A stretch of 64,000 bases of DNA. It comes from Actinomycetota bacterium. GTDB lineage: Bacteria > Actinomycetota > Actinomycetes > S36-B12 > UBA5976. A program made the translations under genes and the position numbers. Location of the stretch: positions 1,225 to 65,224 of the forward strand of contig CANGDR010000004.1 of assembly GCA_947452765.1 (NCBI GenBank), in the 5' to 3' direction. The notes beneath the pieces were generated by a model. It was not told where the DNA came from. It did not search any database and was given only the letters and a program-made list of their open reading frames with translations. Below, in pieces: positions 10,201 through 21,527 of this stretch (positions within the stretch are counted from its first letter, which is position 1; the number at the start of each line of letters is the position of its first letter).

Positions 10201-10917
10201 CTAAGCGTTCCACGCAGCGACTACGTCCGCTACTTCCGCAAGACGCTGAATCGTTGCTGCTGCCGTGATACCAAGATCAGTGGATTGAGCAGCTGGGATA
10301 TTGGAATGCGGAATCCAAATCCCTTGCATTCCGATGGATTGTGCTCCATGTATATCGTCAAAAAGTCGATCTCCGACAAATGCTGCTTCAGCTGGTTCAA
10401 TATCCAAGTTATATAGAACGTCAGCAAAGACTGAGCGATGCGGTTTCCCTGAATCAGTTTCGCTTGTGAACAGCAGGTAGTCAAAAAGGTGCAAAATTCC
10501 GTCGCGTTCAAGAATTGCTTCATGGTGGTAGCGGGGCCACATTGTGTTAGACAGCACGGCTGTTTTTATTCCTAAGCCACGTAGTTTTTCAAGTAACGTA
10601 ATTGCATCCTCGTCAGCGTAGGTGTGCGGATCCCAGCCAGATAAATAATTTTGTAGTGCTTTTTGGTGCAGAGGAGAAGACGTATCTACTCCGACTTCTT
10701 GAAACAGTTCCTCGAGTACGCCAGTTCCTACTTCACCTGCGGTATCAAACTGGTGTGCCCAGCGTGTCGCCTCGCCCAGATCCAACTTTTCAGCAAGTTC
10801 TCGCGCATTATCTGGATCGTAGATCTGTGTGTAACCCATCCAGAGTTCGGTTAGATCGACATTGTGCCAGGGAGTTAATGTTCCGCCCCAGTCGAAAACA
10901 ACCGCCTTGATTGTCAT
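10201..10917 (-). CDS. HAD-superfamily hydrolase
   Basis: 238 aa. Motif I VVFDWGGTL, a later SNT motif, and VGDRLFDDIHGA (motif IV). Confidence 0.8.
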   Translation of the reverse strand: MTIKAVVFDWGGTLTPWHNVDLTELWMGYTQIYDPDNARELAEKLDLGEATRWAHQFDTAGEVGTGVLEELFQEVGVDTSSPLHQKALQNYLSGWDPHTYADEDAITLLEKLRGLGIKTAVLSNTMWPRYHHEAILERDGILHLFDYLLFTSETDSGKPHRSVFADVLYNLDIEPAEAAFVGDRLFDDIHGAQSIGMQGIWIPHSNIPAAQSTDLGITAAATIQRLAEVADVVAAWNA

Positions 10918-10919
10918 CG

Positions 10920-12686
10920 CTAAATCTTTACTTCAGCGATGACTTCGGATACAAACTGATCGATTGGAATTAAGCTCTGTTCGCCGGATCGTCGATCACG
11001 AAGTTCGATGACACCATCACTTAGGCCCTTGCCAACAACTGCGATGGTCGGGATACCTAACAGCTCAGAGTCATTGAATTTCACGCCAGGTGAGACTCCC
11101 CTGCGATCGTCATATAGGACTCGAACGCCCTGGGCCTCTAAATCTGTTGCTGCGCGTTCGGCAAATTCAAAGATTGCATCATCTTTGCCTGCTGCGATTA
11201 TGTGAATGTCTGCTGGCGAAACTTCCCTCGGCCAGATCAAACCTTTCTCATCGTGGGATTGCTCCGCAACAGTCGCCACCGCCCGAGTAACGCCAATTCC
11301 ATACGAACCCATAGTCACTGTTATGAGTTCGCCATTTTCGTCAAGCACTTTTAGGTCCAGCGCTTCTGCGTACTTGCGACCAAGTTGGAAAATGTGTCCA
11401 ATTTCAATACCGCGTGCAATCTGCAGTTCGCTGCCGCACTCGGAGCACTCGTCACCTTGCCGGACTTCAGCAGCTTCGATAATCCCATCCCAATTAAAGT
11501 CGCGACCTGCCACTAAGTCGTATATGTGATTACCTCGCTTGTTGGCGCCTGTAATCCATCGCGTTCCGACGACCACTCTTGGATCAACTAGGTAACGAAT
11601 CCCAGACTCGGATTTTTCGCCAAGTACCTGTGGGCCGATGTAGCCCTTGACTAGTACTGGGTACTTTTTGAAATCTTCTTCCTCAAAAGCTTCGATAGCC
11701 ATTGGATGCAGCGCAGCTTCAACCCGTTTCAAATCAACTTCACGGTCACCAGGCAAGCCAATGATTAGCGGCGTTCGAGTGCCGTCTAGCGCAACCTGCA
11801 TGACGACAACATTTTTTAGAGTGTCGCTTGCTTGCCAATCTCGATCCGTGCGTCGTAATTCTGTTCTTGCATTTGAAATATCAACTAATGATGCAATCGT
11901 CGGTGTATCAGGAGTGTCTTCGACATGTGCTGCTGGCGTACTTGACACATCAACCTCTGGTGGGACGCGAGTAACGATTGCTTCCACATTGGCAGCCATC
12001 CCACATGTAGGACACTTCACATAAGTATCTTCACCGTATTCGCTAATTGCTAAAAACTCCTCGCTTTTCGAACCGCCCATTGCCCCTGACATCGCAGAAA
12101 CAATTTCGTAATTCAATCCCAACCGATCAAATGTAGAAATATATGCTTCTCGCTGTATTTGATATGACTTCTCGAGACCTTCGTCATCAATGTCAAAGGA
12201 ATATGCATCCTTCATCACGAATTCACGCGCACGAAGTATGCCAGCGCGTGGTCGCGCTTCATCGCGATACTTAATTTGGATGTGATAAATATTTAATGGC
12301 AAATCTTTGTAAGACGAGTACTCGCCCTTAACCATGAGAGTAAACATTTCCTCATGCGTTGGGCCAAGCAGGTAATCTGCTTTCTTGCGGTCCTGGAGGC
12401 GAAATAAGTTATCGCCGTATTCTTCCCAGCGGCCGGTCTTCTCATACGGTTCACGCGGCAACAATGCTGGAAAGTGAACTTCCTGAGAACCAGCCCGATT
12501 CATTTCTTCACGAACGATTTGTTCAATATTTCGATAGACCAAATATCCAAGTGGAAGCCAGGACCAAATTCCTGGGGCTACCCTTCGGACATAGCCACCG
12601 CGAACTAGCAGTCGATGACTAGGCACCTCGGCATCAGCAGGATCCTCGCGCAAAGTGCGAAGGAAGAGGCTAGACATGCGTAACAC
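10920..12686 (-). CDS. proS: proline--tRNA ligase (bacterial type with insertion/editing domain)
   Basis: 588 aa. Class II motif [28 protein letters not shown]-terminal anticodon-binding domain. Confidence 0.96.
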   Translation of the reverse strand: MLRMSSLFLRTLREDPADAEVPSHRLLVRGGYVRRVAPGIWSWLPLGYLVYRNIEQIVREEMNRAGSQEVHFPALLPREPYEKTGRWEEYGDNLFRLQDRKKADYLLGPTHEEMFTLMVKGEYSSYKDLPLNIYHIQIKYRDEARPRAGILRAREFVMKDAYSFDIDDEGLEKSYQIQREAYISTFDRLGLNYEIVSAMSGAMGGSKSEEFLAISEYGEDTYVKCPTCGMAANVEAIVTRVPPEVDVSSTPAAHVEDTPDTPTIASLVDISNARTELRRTDRDWQASDTLKNVVVMQVALDGTRTPLIIGLPGDREVDLKRVEAALHPMAIEAFEEEDFKKYPVLVKGYIGPQVLGEKSESGIRYLVDPRVVVGTRWITGANKRGNHIYDLVAGRDFNWDGIIEAAEVRQGDECSECGSELQIARGIEIGHIFQLGRKYAEALDLKVLDENGELITVTMGSYGIGVTRAVATVAEQSHDEKGLIWPREVSPADIHIIAAGKDDAIFEFAERAATDLEAQGVRVLYDDRRGVSPGVKFNDSELLGIPTIAVVGKGLSDGVIELRDRRSGEQSLIPIDQFVSEVIAEVKI

Positions 12687-12769
12687 TTGGACTCCTAGAA
12701 ATCGTGCTTAAAAGATGACTCAATCGTACTGTCGTCAGTGAAGTTAACCTCGCAGGCAAGGATTTTCAA

Positions 12770-13609
12770 CTAAAACAAGATTGTCGCGAACGTATCTACT
12801 TGCTCAAATCCTGTCCCAAAATAAGTTGCTAACGCAGCCTCGTTGAAATCGTTTACATATAGTGAAGCGACTGGTGCAATGTCATCTAGGACATACTTCA
12901 GTACTGCTGCCATTGCTGGAATTGCAATACCGTTGCCCCGATACTTTGGGTTTACCCAAACCCCTTGAATTTGTGCCACTCCGGCACCGACCGTTCCAAC
13001 TTCAGCCTTAAACATAACTTCATCGCCAACAGTTCGAATGAAAGATCTACGCTGCAAAATCAAGTCACTAATGCGATTGCGATATGACGCACTCGAACCT
13101 CCTACCAGAGGACTTACTCCCACTTCTTCAGTGAACATGGCAATGCAAGCTGGCATTAAAGTGTCTAAGTCTGCGAGGCTGGAATAGCGAACTGAGTCAT
13201 CAAATTGCACGTGCGATCTTTGTTTAGTCGACAGCACTGGTTGATTTTGTCTAATTTCGCGCGCCTTGTCCCAACTAGCTTCTAGCATCGACCAAAGATC
13301 TAATACTTCTCGTGCTGGTCCAACGATTGAAGAGCTGCGGCGTCCGCTCTTTCGAAGCATTTCTGCAATTTCCTTACGTGCGATTTGAGAAGTATTAATC
13401 GGCACTACGTTCGCGCCAACTAGAACCGCTGAAAGCAAGTGTCCGTCGTCGAAGTAACCCAAAATGTCTGGAAATGTAGGTTTAAAAATTCCGCGGGCTC
13501 CCGCGTCCACGCGCGATGCAACTAAACAATGGCGAATTGGGTCGCGTGAAATAATTTCCTGCAACTGAGCTAGTGAATTTACATCGATCGCTCGAATGCT
13601 ATGAGCCAT
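12770..13609 (-). CDS. GNAT family N-acetyltransferase (Rv2867c-like, next to ispG)
   Basis: 279 aa. Acetyl-CoA motif QIQGVWVNPKYRGNGIA in the C-terminal half. Conserved position next to gcpE/ispG. Confidence 0.75.
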   Translation of the reverse strand: MAHSIRAIDVNSLAQLQEIISRDPIRHCLVASRVDAGARGIFKPTFPDILGYFDDGHLLSAVLVGANVVPINTSQIARKEIAEMLRKSGRRSSSIVGPAREVLDLWSMLEASWDKAREIRQNQPVLSTKQRSHVQFDDSVRYSSLADLDTLMPACIAMFTEEVGVSPLVGGSSASYRNRISDLILQRRSFIRTVGDEVMFKAEVGTVGAGVAQIQGVWVNPKYRGNGIAIPAMAAVLKYVLDDIAPVASLYVNDFNEAALATYFGTGFEQVDTFATILF

Positions 13610-13610
13610 G

Positions 13611-14765
13611 CTAAGAAATAGAAACTATCGGTTTGCCTTCAGCATCCATCGAATCCGCTAGCTTCATGGCTTCTTCAATGAGCGTTTCAACAATTTCTGA
13701 TTCTGGGACAGTCTTTATCACTACACCCTTGACGAAAATTTGGCCCTTGCCATTGCCGCTTGCTACCCCAAGATCCGCTTCTCGAGCTTCACCTGGGCCA
13801 TTGACAACACATCCCATAACAGCCACACGTAATGGAACTTCAAGTCCCTGCAAACCTGCAGTAACTTGTTCGGCCAAGGTGTAAACATCAACTTGAGCTC
13901 GACCACAAGATGGACATGAGACGATTTCCAACCCGCGTTGGCGCAAGTTAAAGGATTCTAGGATTTGATTCGCAACTTTTACTTCTTCTACGGGCGGAGC
14001 AGACAGCGAAACTCGTATTGTGTCTCCAATTCCTTCACTCAAAAGCGCACCGAATGCAACCGCTGACTTGATCGTTCCTTGGAAGATTGGTCCCGCTTCT
14101 GTTACGCCTAAGTGCAGCGGATAATCCGACTTAGCCGCTAGTAATCGATACGCCTGCACCATAACGACTGGATCGTGATGTTTGACCGAAATCTTGATAT
14201 CGCCGAAGCCATGCTCTTCGAACAGCGAGGCTTCCCACAACGCGGATTCAACCAAAGCTTCAGGCGTTGCTTTTCCATACTTCTCTAACAGCCGCTTATC
14301 TAGCGAGCCTGCGTTTACACCGATCCGGATAGGAATCCCGGCATCGCCCGCAGCTTTTGCGATCTCTTTAACTTTGTCATCAAACTGTTTGATGTTGCCG
14401 GGATTCACCCGCACACCAGCAACCCCAGCGTCTATAGCTGCAAAAACATATTTGGGTTGGAAGTGAATGTCTGCGATGACCGGAATGCTAGATTTTTTTG
14501 CGATCGCTGGTAGTGCATCGGCATCATCTTGACTAGGCACCGCTACTCGTACTATTTGGCAGCCCGAGGCCGTGAGTTCTGCAATCTGTTGCAACGTGCT
14601 ATTCACATCTGCAGTCAAAGTAGTTGCCATGGACTGAATGCTTATCGGAGCATCACCGCCAACTGAGATCGGGTGGGTGGCATGACGCAAAATGATTTGT
14701 CGGCTTTTGCGTCTTGGCGCAAGGACTGGAGGTGGTAGTTCAGGAAGACCAAGATTAACCGTCAT
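13611..14765 (-). CDS. ispG: 4-hydroxy-3-methylbut-2-en-1-yl diphosphate synthase (MEP pathway)
   Basis: 384 aa. Fe-S cysteines in SCPSCGR and [10 protein letters not shown]. Confidence 0.96.
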   Translation of the reverse strand: MTVNLGLPELPPPVLAPRRKSRQIILRHATHPISVGGDAPISIQSMATTLTADVNSTLQQIAELTASGCQIVRVAVPSQDDADALPAIAKKSSIPVIADIHFQPKYVFAAIDAGVAGVRVNPGNIKQFDDKVKEIAKAAGDAGIPIRIGVNAGSLDKRLLEKYGKATPEALVESALWEASLFEEHGFGDIKISVKHHDPVVMVQAYRLLAAKSDYPLHLGVTEAGPIFQGTIKSAVAFGALLSEGIGDTIRVSLSAPPVEEVKVANQILESFNLRQRGLEIVSCPSCGRAQVDVYTLAEQVTAGLQGLEVPLRVAVMGCVVNGPGEAREADLGVASGNGKGQIFVKGVVIKTVPESEIVETLIEEAMKLADSMDAEGKPIVSIS

Positions 14766-14830
14766 GCTTCTATTATCCGCCCCTGACTAGAAATCCGCCC
14801 GACCAGTCCAACCAAAGGCAATTTGCAAGG

Positions 14831-16138
14831 TTAGAACGAAAGCGGCTTTATAAAGTCGGCCACGAGCACAATTAGCGACATCGCGATTAAGAAGAGTGAC
14901 ATCGCATATGCAATTGGCAGCATTTTGGCAGTATCCACTGGCCCAGGAAGTGGCTTCCGACGTATTCTCGCTACTTGACGCCGCAAACCCTCATAGATTG
15001 CGCCCGCGATATGACCGCCATCGAGCGGCAAAATCGGAACCATGTTAAACGCAAATAGAAACAGATTGAGCGAAGCAATCAGCGTTATCAGGTCGACAGC
15101 TTTGTATTTCGCAGTGATGTCCTGACTTCCGACAATCTGGCCACTGATCCGACCCACACCCACCACGCTTACTGGGCTCTCTGGATTTCGCGGGGCATCA
15201 GTAAACAGTTGACTTGCTAGTTCGTATACCCGAGCAGGGAAAGACGCCATGGACTGAAATGTCATTGCAGTTAGCGATGCCATGTAACCAGGAACTTGGG
15301 TAACAGGTGCTTTGATAAGTTCAACACTTGGCGAGATTCCAAGGAAACCTCGAGTTTGGTATTTACCAGTCGGCACTCCGTTGCTATCAACAACTGGTAT
15401 CTGAGCAGATGGCGCAATTGCCGATTTAGTTATTTGCTCTCCGTTGTGAATATATGTGACCGAGATATTTTTATCTGCTTTCGAACTTAATGCGGGTCCC
15501 AACTCGGTCCATGAGGAAATGGGTGTCCCGTCAATCGCAATGACCTTATCCCCCGTTGCCAAACCAATCGCACGTGCTGCCGTCACTTTGCCATCACCGC
15601 AACCACCGTTATTTGAAGCTATTCCGGTTGGGTTACTGGTGCTCGGGACGCACGCAACTACTTCGCGCACAGTCGTAGTTACCTGACCGCGACCTATGAC
15701 TGAAAATGCAAATGCAAATAGCACGGTGGCAATAATCAAGTTCATGAATGGCCCGCCGAACATAACTGCTAATTTCTTTGGCACCGAAAGTCGATAAAAA
15801 GTACGTGGCTCATCTTCGGGTGCTATTTCAGATAGGACTTCGCTCCGAGCAGATTCAATCATGAGACCAACTCGACCCAGATCTTTTGTTTGACTATCAC
15901 CATGCGGATTAGGCGGATACATTCCGATCATCCTGATATAGCCGCCCATTGGGATTGCTTTCACACCGTATTCAGTTTCACCTTTAGTGCGCGACCAAAT
16001 GGTCGGACCGAACCCAACCATGTACTGCGGTACCTTCACGCCAAACTTTTTTGCTGGAACTAGATGGCCAATCTCATGCAGTGCAATCGAAGCAAGTAGT
16101 GCGAGTGCAAAAACTAAAATCCCTAAAACTTCTAACAT
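14831..16138 (-). CDS. rip1: M50 site-2 protease (RseP/Rip1 family zinc metalloprotease with PDZ)
   Basis: 435 aa. HEIGHLV (HExxH) near the N-terminus and NMVPILPLDGGH (NxxPxxxLDG) near the C-terminus. Syntenic between dxr and ispG. Confidence 0.9.
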   Translation of the reverse strand: MLEVLGILVFALALLASIALHEIGHLVPAKKFGVKVPQYMVGFGPTIWSRTKGETEYGVKAIPMGGYIRMIGMYPPNPHGDSQTKDLGRVGLMIESARSEVLSEIAPEDEPRTFYRLSVPKKLAVMFGGPFMNLIIATVLFAFAFSVIGRGQVTTTVREVVACVPSTSNPTGIASNNGGCGDGKVTAARAIGLATGDKVIAIDGTPISSWTELGPALSSKADKNISVTYIHNGEQITKSAIAPSAQIPVVDSNGVPTGKYQTRGFLGISPSVELIKAPVTQVPGYMASLTAMTFQSMASFPARVYELASQLFTDAPRNPESPVSVVGVGRISGQIVGSQDITAKYKAVDLITLIASLNLFLFAFNMVPILPLDGGHIAGAIYEGLRRQVARIRRKPLPGPVDTAKMLPIAYAMSLFLIAMSLIVLVADFIKPLSF

Positions 16139-16160
16139 TTGCCCTCTTTACGATCTGTAA

Positions 16161-17381
16161 TTATTCAACTGGAGTTACGAGTGTTCGGCATTTGGATTCT
16201 GCCCAACGTGCAGCAGTTAAAACCTCTTCTATTGTGAGGTCTAGGTCTGACACAAAGTTTGTTACTAGGTGTTCTTCGAGAACTTTCTCAACAAATTCAA
16301 CGATTTGCAGATATCCAATTTTTCCCGCCAGAAATGCTTCTACTGCAATTTCATTAGCTCCATTTAGCACTGCTGGCGCTGTGCCTGACAACTTGCCGGC
16401 GCGCTTGGCCAAATTCAGCGCTGGGAAAACTCCGTCGTCTAGCGGCTCAAACGTCCACGCAGTGGCTGCACTCCAGTCGCAACCAGGCGCAGCGTCAGCA
16501 ATCCGATCTGGCCAAGCTAAGCCCAATGCAATTGGTAAGTGCATATCAGGCGGACTAGCTTGCGCAATCGTGGATCCGTCGCTGAACTCGACCATTGAAT
16601 GTACTACCGACTGTGGATGTACCACTACATCGATTTGTTCAATTGGGATATTGAAGAGCAGGTGAGCTTCGATAACTTCTAGTCCCTTATTCATTAGGGT
16701 TGCTGAATTTATCGTGACAACTGGACCCATAGACCACGTTGGATGATCTAAAGCTTGAGCAGGAGTGACTTCTGACAATTCAGCACGTGACTTTCCGCGA
16801 AATGGACCTCCGCTAGCAGTTAGCACAAGTCGTTTAACTTCACTAGAGCTACCGGAACGTAAACATTGTGCGATAGCCGAATGTTCGGAATCAACTGGAA
16901 CTATTTGTCCCGCTCGCGCCAGGCTCGTGACGGCTCTTCCGCCAATTACTAACGACTCCTTATTGGCTAATGCCAAAGTTGATCCAGCTTTAAGAACTGC
17001 AACGGTGGGTAGCAAACCAACTGCACCGGAAATACTGTTAACTACTACGTCAACTGGAATCGCTGCTAACTCAGTTGCAGCTTGCGGCCCTATTAAAAGC
17101 TTCGGGAGTGTGAAATTTCCTTCCGCGTAGCCGGCACGTTTTGCTTCCGCGTAAAGCGCAAGTTGTACATCTTGGGCTGCAGTTGCCTGCGCTATTGCTA
17201 AATACTCAACGTCAAATTCGATTGCATAAGCCGCTAGTTGCGCTGGGTTAGATCCGTTAGCCGAGATCCCAACAACTTTGAATTTGGATCCTTGATTTCG
17301 AATTATGTCGAGAGTCTGGACTCCAATACTTCCGGTGCAGCCCAGAACGGTAACACGTCGAACGGCACTCACAGGTATCAA
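16161..17381 (-). CDS. dxr: 1-deoxy-D-xylulose-5-phosphate reductoisomerase
   Basis: 406 aa. NADPH motif VLGCTGSIGVQTLD plus DSEHSAI and NKGLEVIEAH. Confidence 0.96.
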   Translation of the reverse strand: MIPVSAVRRVTVLGCTGSIGVQTLDIIRNQGSKFKVVGISANGSNPAQLAAYAIEFDVEYLAIAQATAAQDVQLALYAEAKRAGYAEGNFTLPKLLIGPQAATELAAIPVDVVVNSISGAVGLLPTVAVLKAGSTLALANKESLVIGGRAVTSLARAGQIVPVDSEHSAIAQCLRSGSSSEVKRLVLTASGGPFRGKSRAELSEVTPAQALDHPTWSMGPVVTINSATLMNKGLEVIEAHLLFNIPIEQIDVVVHPQSVVHSMVEFSDGSTIAQASPPDMHLPIALGLAWPDRIADAAPGCDWSAATAWTFEPLDDGVFPALNLAKRAGKLSGTAPAVLNGANEIAVEAFLAGKIGYLQIVEFVEKVLEEHLVTNFVSDLDLTIEEVLTAARWAESKCRTLVTPVE

Positions 17382-18824
17382 CTACAGATCAAGGCCACTG
17401 AGAACCAAGATGCGTTCATGAGTAAAGTCCTGCATTGCGTGACGCAGACCTTCTTTACCGACACCTGAGGCCTTTACGCCACCGTATGGCATCTGATCGG
17501 AACGGAATGTTGGTGCGTCGCCAATAATTACGCCACCCACTTCGAGTTCCGAATGAGCGCGGAAAGCTGCCTGCACGTTATGAGTAAACACGCCAGCTTG
17601 AAGTCCAAACGGTGAGTCATTAACTATTGCGAAAGCTTCGTCAGTGGATGACACCGAGTTCAGCACAATGACAGGACCGAATACTTCATTACATGAAACC
17701 TTCGCATCCTTGGGCACATCAACTAAGACTGTTGGGTCATAGTAGGAACCGTTTCGCGTTCCGCCGGTCAAAATCTTCGCACCAGCAGCAACAGCCTCAT
17801 TGACCCATTCTTCGACTCGCATTGCAGCGGCTTCATTAATCATTGGGCCAACAATAGTTTTCTCATCGCGCGGATCTCCGTTTGGCAATGCCGCTACTGC
17901 CGCCACAATTCGCTTCGAAAGTTCTGGGAATAACGAATCGTGAATCAAAACTCGCTGTACTGAAATACAAGACTGACCAGCTTGATATGTTCCAAAGGTT
18001 GCTATGCGCGAAGCTGCCCAGGTTAGATCAGCTTCGGAATTCCAATCTTCGAGAATTACTGCGGCAGCGTTGCCACCAAGTTCAAGTGTGATGTGCTTAT
18101 GAGGCACCGCTTTCTGAATCTCGAAACCAACTTTGTCTGATCCAGTGAACGAAACCACTGGCAGCCGAGGATCAGCTACAAGTGCTGGCGCATCTGCGTT
18201 ATCAATCGGAAGTATGGACCAAGAACCTTCTGGCAAATTTGCTCCCGCAAGTATCTCGCCAAGCAGCAATGCGCTAAGCGGTGTACTTGGTGCTGGCTTA
18301 ACCACGATTGGTGCTCCAACTGCAATAGCTGGTGCGACTTTGTGGGCAACTAAGTTAATTGGAAAGTTAAATGGTGAAATACCAAGCACCGGACCATGCG
18401 GGAACCTACGAATTAATGCCATCCGACCAGCCGTAGCTGCTTCAGTATCAAGTCGCTGCATTTCGCCTGAGAAGCGACGCACCTCTTCGGCGGCCCATCG
18501 GAAAACCATTCCAGCTCGACTGGCTTCGGAACGGGCCCAAATGAGTGGCTTACCGTTCTCGTCAACGATCAATTGTGCAATTTCTTCAGCGCGATCCGTT
18601 AATTGCTTGGAGACATACATCAAGGCATCAGCTCGTTGCGCTGCAGTTGTTCGGCGGAACTCATGGCGAACATCCCAAGCAGCCTGCACTGCCTGAACCA
18701 CTTGGTCGGAAGTTGGGACGCAGTACTGGCCCACAACCTTCCCATCACCTGGGTGAGTTACGTCAGCTACTTGGGAGCTGGTTGCGGATTTGCCGGCGAT
18801 CCAAAACGGATGAACTGTTGTCAT
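17382..18824 (-). CDS. NAD(P)-dependent aldehyde dehydrogenase, probably succinate-semialdehyde dehydrogenase
   Basis: 480 aa. ALDH motifs ELGGNAA and catalytic Cys in GQSCISVQR. Divergent from gabT, hence gabD-like by context only. Confidence 0.85.
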   Translation of the reverse strand: MTTVHPFWIAGKSATSSQVADVTHPGDGKVVGQYCVPTSDQVVQAVQAAWDVRHEFRRTTAAQRADALMYVSKQLTDRAEEIAQLIVDENGKPLIWARSEASRAGMVFRWAAEEVRRFSGEMQRLDTEAATAGRMALIRRFPHGPVLGISPFNFPINLVAHKVAPAIAVGAPIVVKPAPSTPLSALLLGEILAGANLPEGSWSILPIDNADAPALVADPRLPVVSFTGSDKVGFEIQKAVPHKHITLELGGNAAAVILEDWNSEADLTWAASRIATFGTYQAGQSCISVQRVLIHDSLFPELSKRIVAAVAALPNGDPRDEKTIVGPMINEAAAMRVEEWVNEAVAAGAKILTGGTRNGSYYDPTVLVDVPKDAKVSCNEVFGPVIVLNSVSSTDEAFAIVNDSPFGLQAGVFTHNVQAAFRAHSELEVGGVIIGDAPTFRSDQMPYGGVKASGVGKEGLRHAMQDFTHERILVLSGLDL

Positions 18825-18944
18825 AAGTCCTTACGGTACGCCTCATTAAGGCATCTGCCAAAGTCGGACCCGCCTAATTATGGCTGGCTTCCCTTACACC
18901 CACTCAACTGTGGCCTGCTAGCGAAATAGGTCTACCATTACTCC

Positions 18945-20297
18945 ATGACTGCAAATACTGACCATGAAATGTTTAACGGCCTCGTCCAAGAGCGTCGCCT
19001 AGTAACCGCGATTCCTGGGCCAAAATCTCAGGCCCTCCAGGCTCGACGCACTGCCGCGATTAGCGCAGGTGTGGGTGCCACACTTCCTATCTTTATCACC
19101 AAAGCCGCCGGAGGCGTTGTAGTTGACGTTGATGGCAACTCTCTCATTGATATGGGTTCAGGAATTGCAGTAACCAGTGTTGGTAATTCGAACAAAGAAG
19201 TTGTCGATCGAGTAGTTGAGCAAGTCAATAACTTCACGCACACCTGCTTCATGGTGACGCAATATGAAGGTTACGTTGAGGTCTGCGAAGCTTTGAATCG
19301 CCTAACACCAGGCGATCACGAGAAGCGTTCTGCACTATTCAATACCGGTGCAGAAGCTGTAGAAAACGCAGTGAAAATCGCACGTGTTTATACCAAGCGC
19401 CAAGCAGTCGTCGTTTTCGAACACGGTTACCACGGCCGAACAAACTTGACGATGGCCATGACTGCAAAAGTTGCACCTTACAAGCAGGGCTTTGGACCAT
19501 TTGCTCCCGAGGTTTATCGCATGCCGCTTTCCTACCCATCACATGATGGTCTTAGCGGTGCAGAAGCAGCAGCACATGCAATCAGTCGCATGAACAAGGA
19601 AATTGGCGCAGAAAATATTGCGGCAATCGTAATTGAACCAATTCAAGGTGAAGGTGGATTTATCGTTCCGGCCGAAGGCTTCCTGCCTGCTTTGGTTAAG
19701 TACTCGAACGACAGCGGAATCGTATTCGTCGCCGATGAAGTTCAAACTGGTTTTTGTCGAACCGGAAATTGGTTCGCATCCGAACACGAAGGCATCATTC
19801 CTGACTTAATTACAACTGCCAAAGGTATTGCCGGCGGTTTGCCACTTTCTGCAGTCACTGGCCGAGCTGAAATCATGGATTCAGTTCATGCTGGTGGCTT
19901 AGGCGGAACTTACGGCGGTAATCCTGTGGCATGTGCTGCAGCATTGGGCTCGATCGCAGCTATGGAGGCTGAGGATCTAAATGCTAAGGCAGTGCGAATT
20001 GAAGAAATTATGAAACCTCGACTGGCGCAGATTGCTGCTGATACCGGTGTCATTTCTGACATTCGGGGTCGTGGCGCCATGATCGCGGTTGAAATCATGA
20101 AAAAGGGCACCGACGAACCAGATGCTGAGATGACCAACAAGATTGCCAAAGCCTGTCATGCAAACGGTGTCGTCGTATTAACAGCTGGAACTTACGGCAA
20201 CGTACTTCGTTTCTTGCCGCCTTTGGTAATGCCGGAACATTTACTCGAAGATGCGCTAACCATCATCGAACAACAATTCAAAGAAGCTACTGCTTAA
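18945..20297 (+). CDS. gabT: 4-aminobutyrate--2-oxoglutarate aminotransferase (class III PLP aminotransferase)
   Basis: 450 aa. DEVQTGFCRTG and PLP-lysine region TTAKGIAGGLPL. The overall pattern is typical of GabT. Confidence 0.9.
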   Translation: MTANTDHEMFNGLVQERRLVTAIPGPKSQALQARRTAAISAGVGATLPIFITKAAGGVVVDVDGNSLIDMGSGIAVTSVGNSNKEVVDRVVEQVNNFTHTCFMVTQYEGYVEVCEALNRLTPGDHEKRSALFNTGAEAVENAVKIARVYTKRQAVVVFEHGYHGRTNLTMAMTAKVAPYKQGFGPFAPEVYRMPLSYPSHDGLSGAEAAAHAISRMNKEIGAENIAAIVIEPIQGEGGFIVPAEGFLPALVKYSNDSGIVFVADEVQTGFCRTGNWFASEHEGIIPDLITTAKGIAGGLPLSAVTGRAEIMDSVHAGGLGGTYGGNPVACAAALGSIAAMEAEDLNAKAVRIEEIMKPRLAQIAADTGVISDIRGRGAMIAVEIMKKGTDEPDAEMTNKIAKACHANGVVVLTAGTYGNVLRFLPPLVMPEHLLEDALTIIEQQFKEATA

Positions 20298-20314
20298 CTA
20301 AGCGGGTTTCTCAA

Positions 20315-20827
20315 ATGTCCGACCAGCACGAGCATGCTTCGGTTCGTCGAGTTCGTGCTGCGCTCGAATCTGCGGGAATAGCCACGGACATAAAGCACCT
20401 TGATGAAAGTGCGGGTACCGCGGTACTTGCTGCTGCCGCTCTTGGTGTTGAGGTTGGTCAGATCGCATCTTCTATCGTTTTTAAGGTTTCAACTCCCGAA
20501 GGCGACCGTCCAGTTCTCGTAGTAACTTCAGGCCGCCACCGCGTGGATACGAATTTGGTCGCGGACACCGCGGGTTTGCCAAAACTTGGTCGAGCTGATG
20601 CCGACTTTGTGCGGGAATGGAGTGGCTTTGCTATTGGTGGCGTGAGTCCCGTTGGCTGGATTCACGCAGGAGAATCGTTTAAGCCGATCACAATAGTTGA
20701 TACCGCGCTTGCGGACTACCAGGTTATTTGGGCCGCATGTGGGTTACACGATGTCGTGTGCAGTATGACCTTCGATGATGTCGTTGGCGTTACTGGCGGC
20801 ACTCCACTTGCCGCCGCGATTGACTAG
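20315..20827 (+). CDS. YbaK/EbsC-type aminoacyl-tRNA deacylase domain protein
   Basis: 170 aa. Size and the FAIGGVSPVG motif fit the free-standing YbaK/ProX trans-editing family. Confidence 0.7.
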   Translation: MSDQHEHASVRRVRAALESAGIATDIKHLDESAGTAVLAAAALGVEVGQIASSIVFKVSTPEGDRPVLVVTSGRHRVDTNLVADTAGLPKLGRADADFVREWSGFAIGGVSPVGWIHAGESFKPITIVDTALADYQVIWAACGLHDVVCSMTFDDVVGVTGGTPLAAAID

Positions 20828-20831
20828 AGCT

Positions 20832-21527
20832 ATGTCCGATCCAATAGTCAGACTTGATGTCTTTCAAGTAAGGACTGCAAATATTCCAAAAGCCATTTTG
20901 CTAATGGGAACCCAGCGCCGGGTGTTAAGAAAAAACCCTGACATCAAGTTCTGGAAATTGCTTGGAACTGGCTCCGGCAAAACGTTTACATCTCGAGATG
21001 CCGATCTCCATCATTGGGCTGTCCTCACGGTTTGGGATCAGGAAATCGGTGCTGAAAATTTCGGAGACTCAGTTGCAATTGGTAGTTGGGAGAAGATACA
21101 GAATGAGCATTGTTACCTCATCATGTCTGCACTATCCGCAAGAGGAACGTGGGCAAAAGCCAAGCCTTTCGGTGACCCAGTTCCAGCTAAATGGGCGGGT
21201 ACGACTGCGGCTCTAACTAGGGCTGCCATTAAGCCAAAATTTTGGCGTGAGTTTTGGCGAAGCGTGCCTCCGGTATCAGCTGACTTGAATCAAACCCCGG
21301 GACTGATTACAAGTTTAGGAATTGGTGAAGCACCCGTTGGATTACAAGGAACCTTTAGTATTTGGCGAGATAACGAGAGCATTACGCAATTTGCATCTAA
21401 GCAAGCGCCCCATCAGGCGGTTATAAAGAGGACGCATGAGACTGGTTGGTATTCCGAAGAGTTATTTGCCAGATTCAAAGTTATAAAATCTCACGGATCT
21501 TTCAACGGGATAGATTTATCTTCGTAA
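20832..21527 (+). CDS. CrtA-family (spheroidene monooxygenase-like) carotenoid oxygenase
   Basis: 231 aa from ATG 20832; the ORF-track start at 20775 would overlap ybaK. FWKLLGTGSG..FT, LTRAAIKPKFWREFWRSVP, QGTFSIWRD and WYSEELFARF follow the conserved blocks I recall from Rhodobacter CrtA. Confidence 0.7.
   Translation: MSDPIVRLDVFQVRTANIPKAILLMGTQRRVLRKNPDIKFWKLLGTGSGKTFTSRDADLHHWAVLTVWDQEIGAENFGDSVAIGSWEKIQNEHCYLIMSALSARGTWAKAKPFGDPVPAKWAGTTAALTRAAIKPKFWREFWRSVPPVSADLNQTPGLITSLGIGEAPVGLQGTFSIWRDNESITQFASKQAPHQAVIKRTHETGWYSEELFARFKVIKSHGSFNGIDLSS

Noticed and set aside
16051-16665. 204-aa plus-strand ORF spanning the rip/dxr junction
   Set aside because: It is entirely antisense to two confidently identified genes, and its low-complexity Ser/Ala-rich translation is typical of a shadow ORF.
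18133-18696. 187-aa plus-strand ORF, together with 18545-18929
   Set aside because: It is antisense to the aldehyde dehydrogenase and has shadow-frame composition.
20775-20831. N-terminal extensions in ORF-track calls (20775, 21446, 26626, 56728, and 30302 for crtB)
   Set aside because: Each extension overlaps the preceding gene or the divergent neighbour. Each also precedes an internal ATG/GTG that yields the family-typical N-terminus, so the shorter starts were used.
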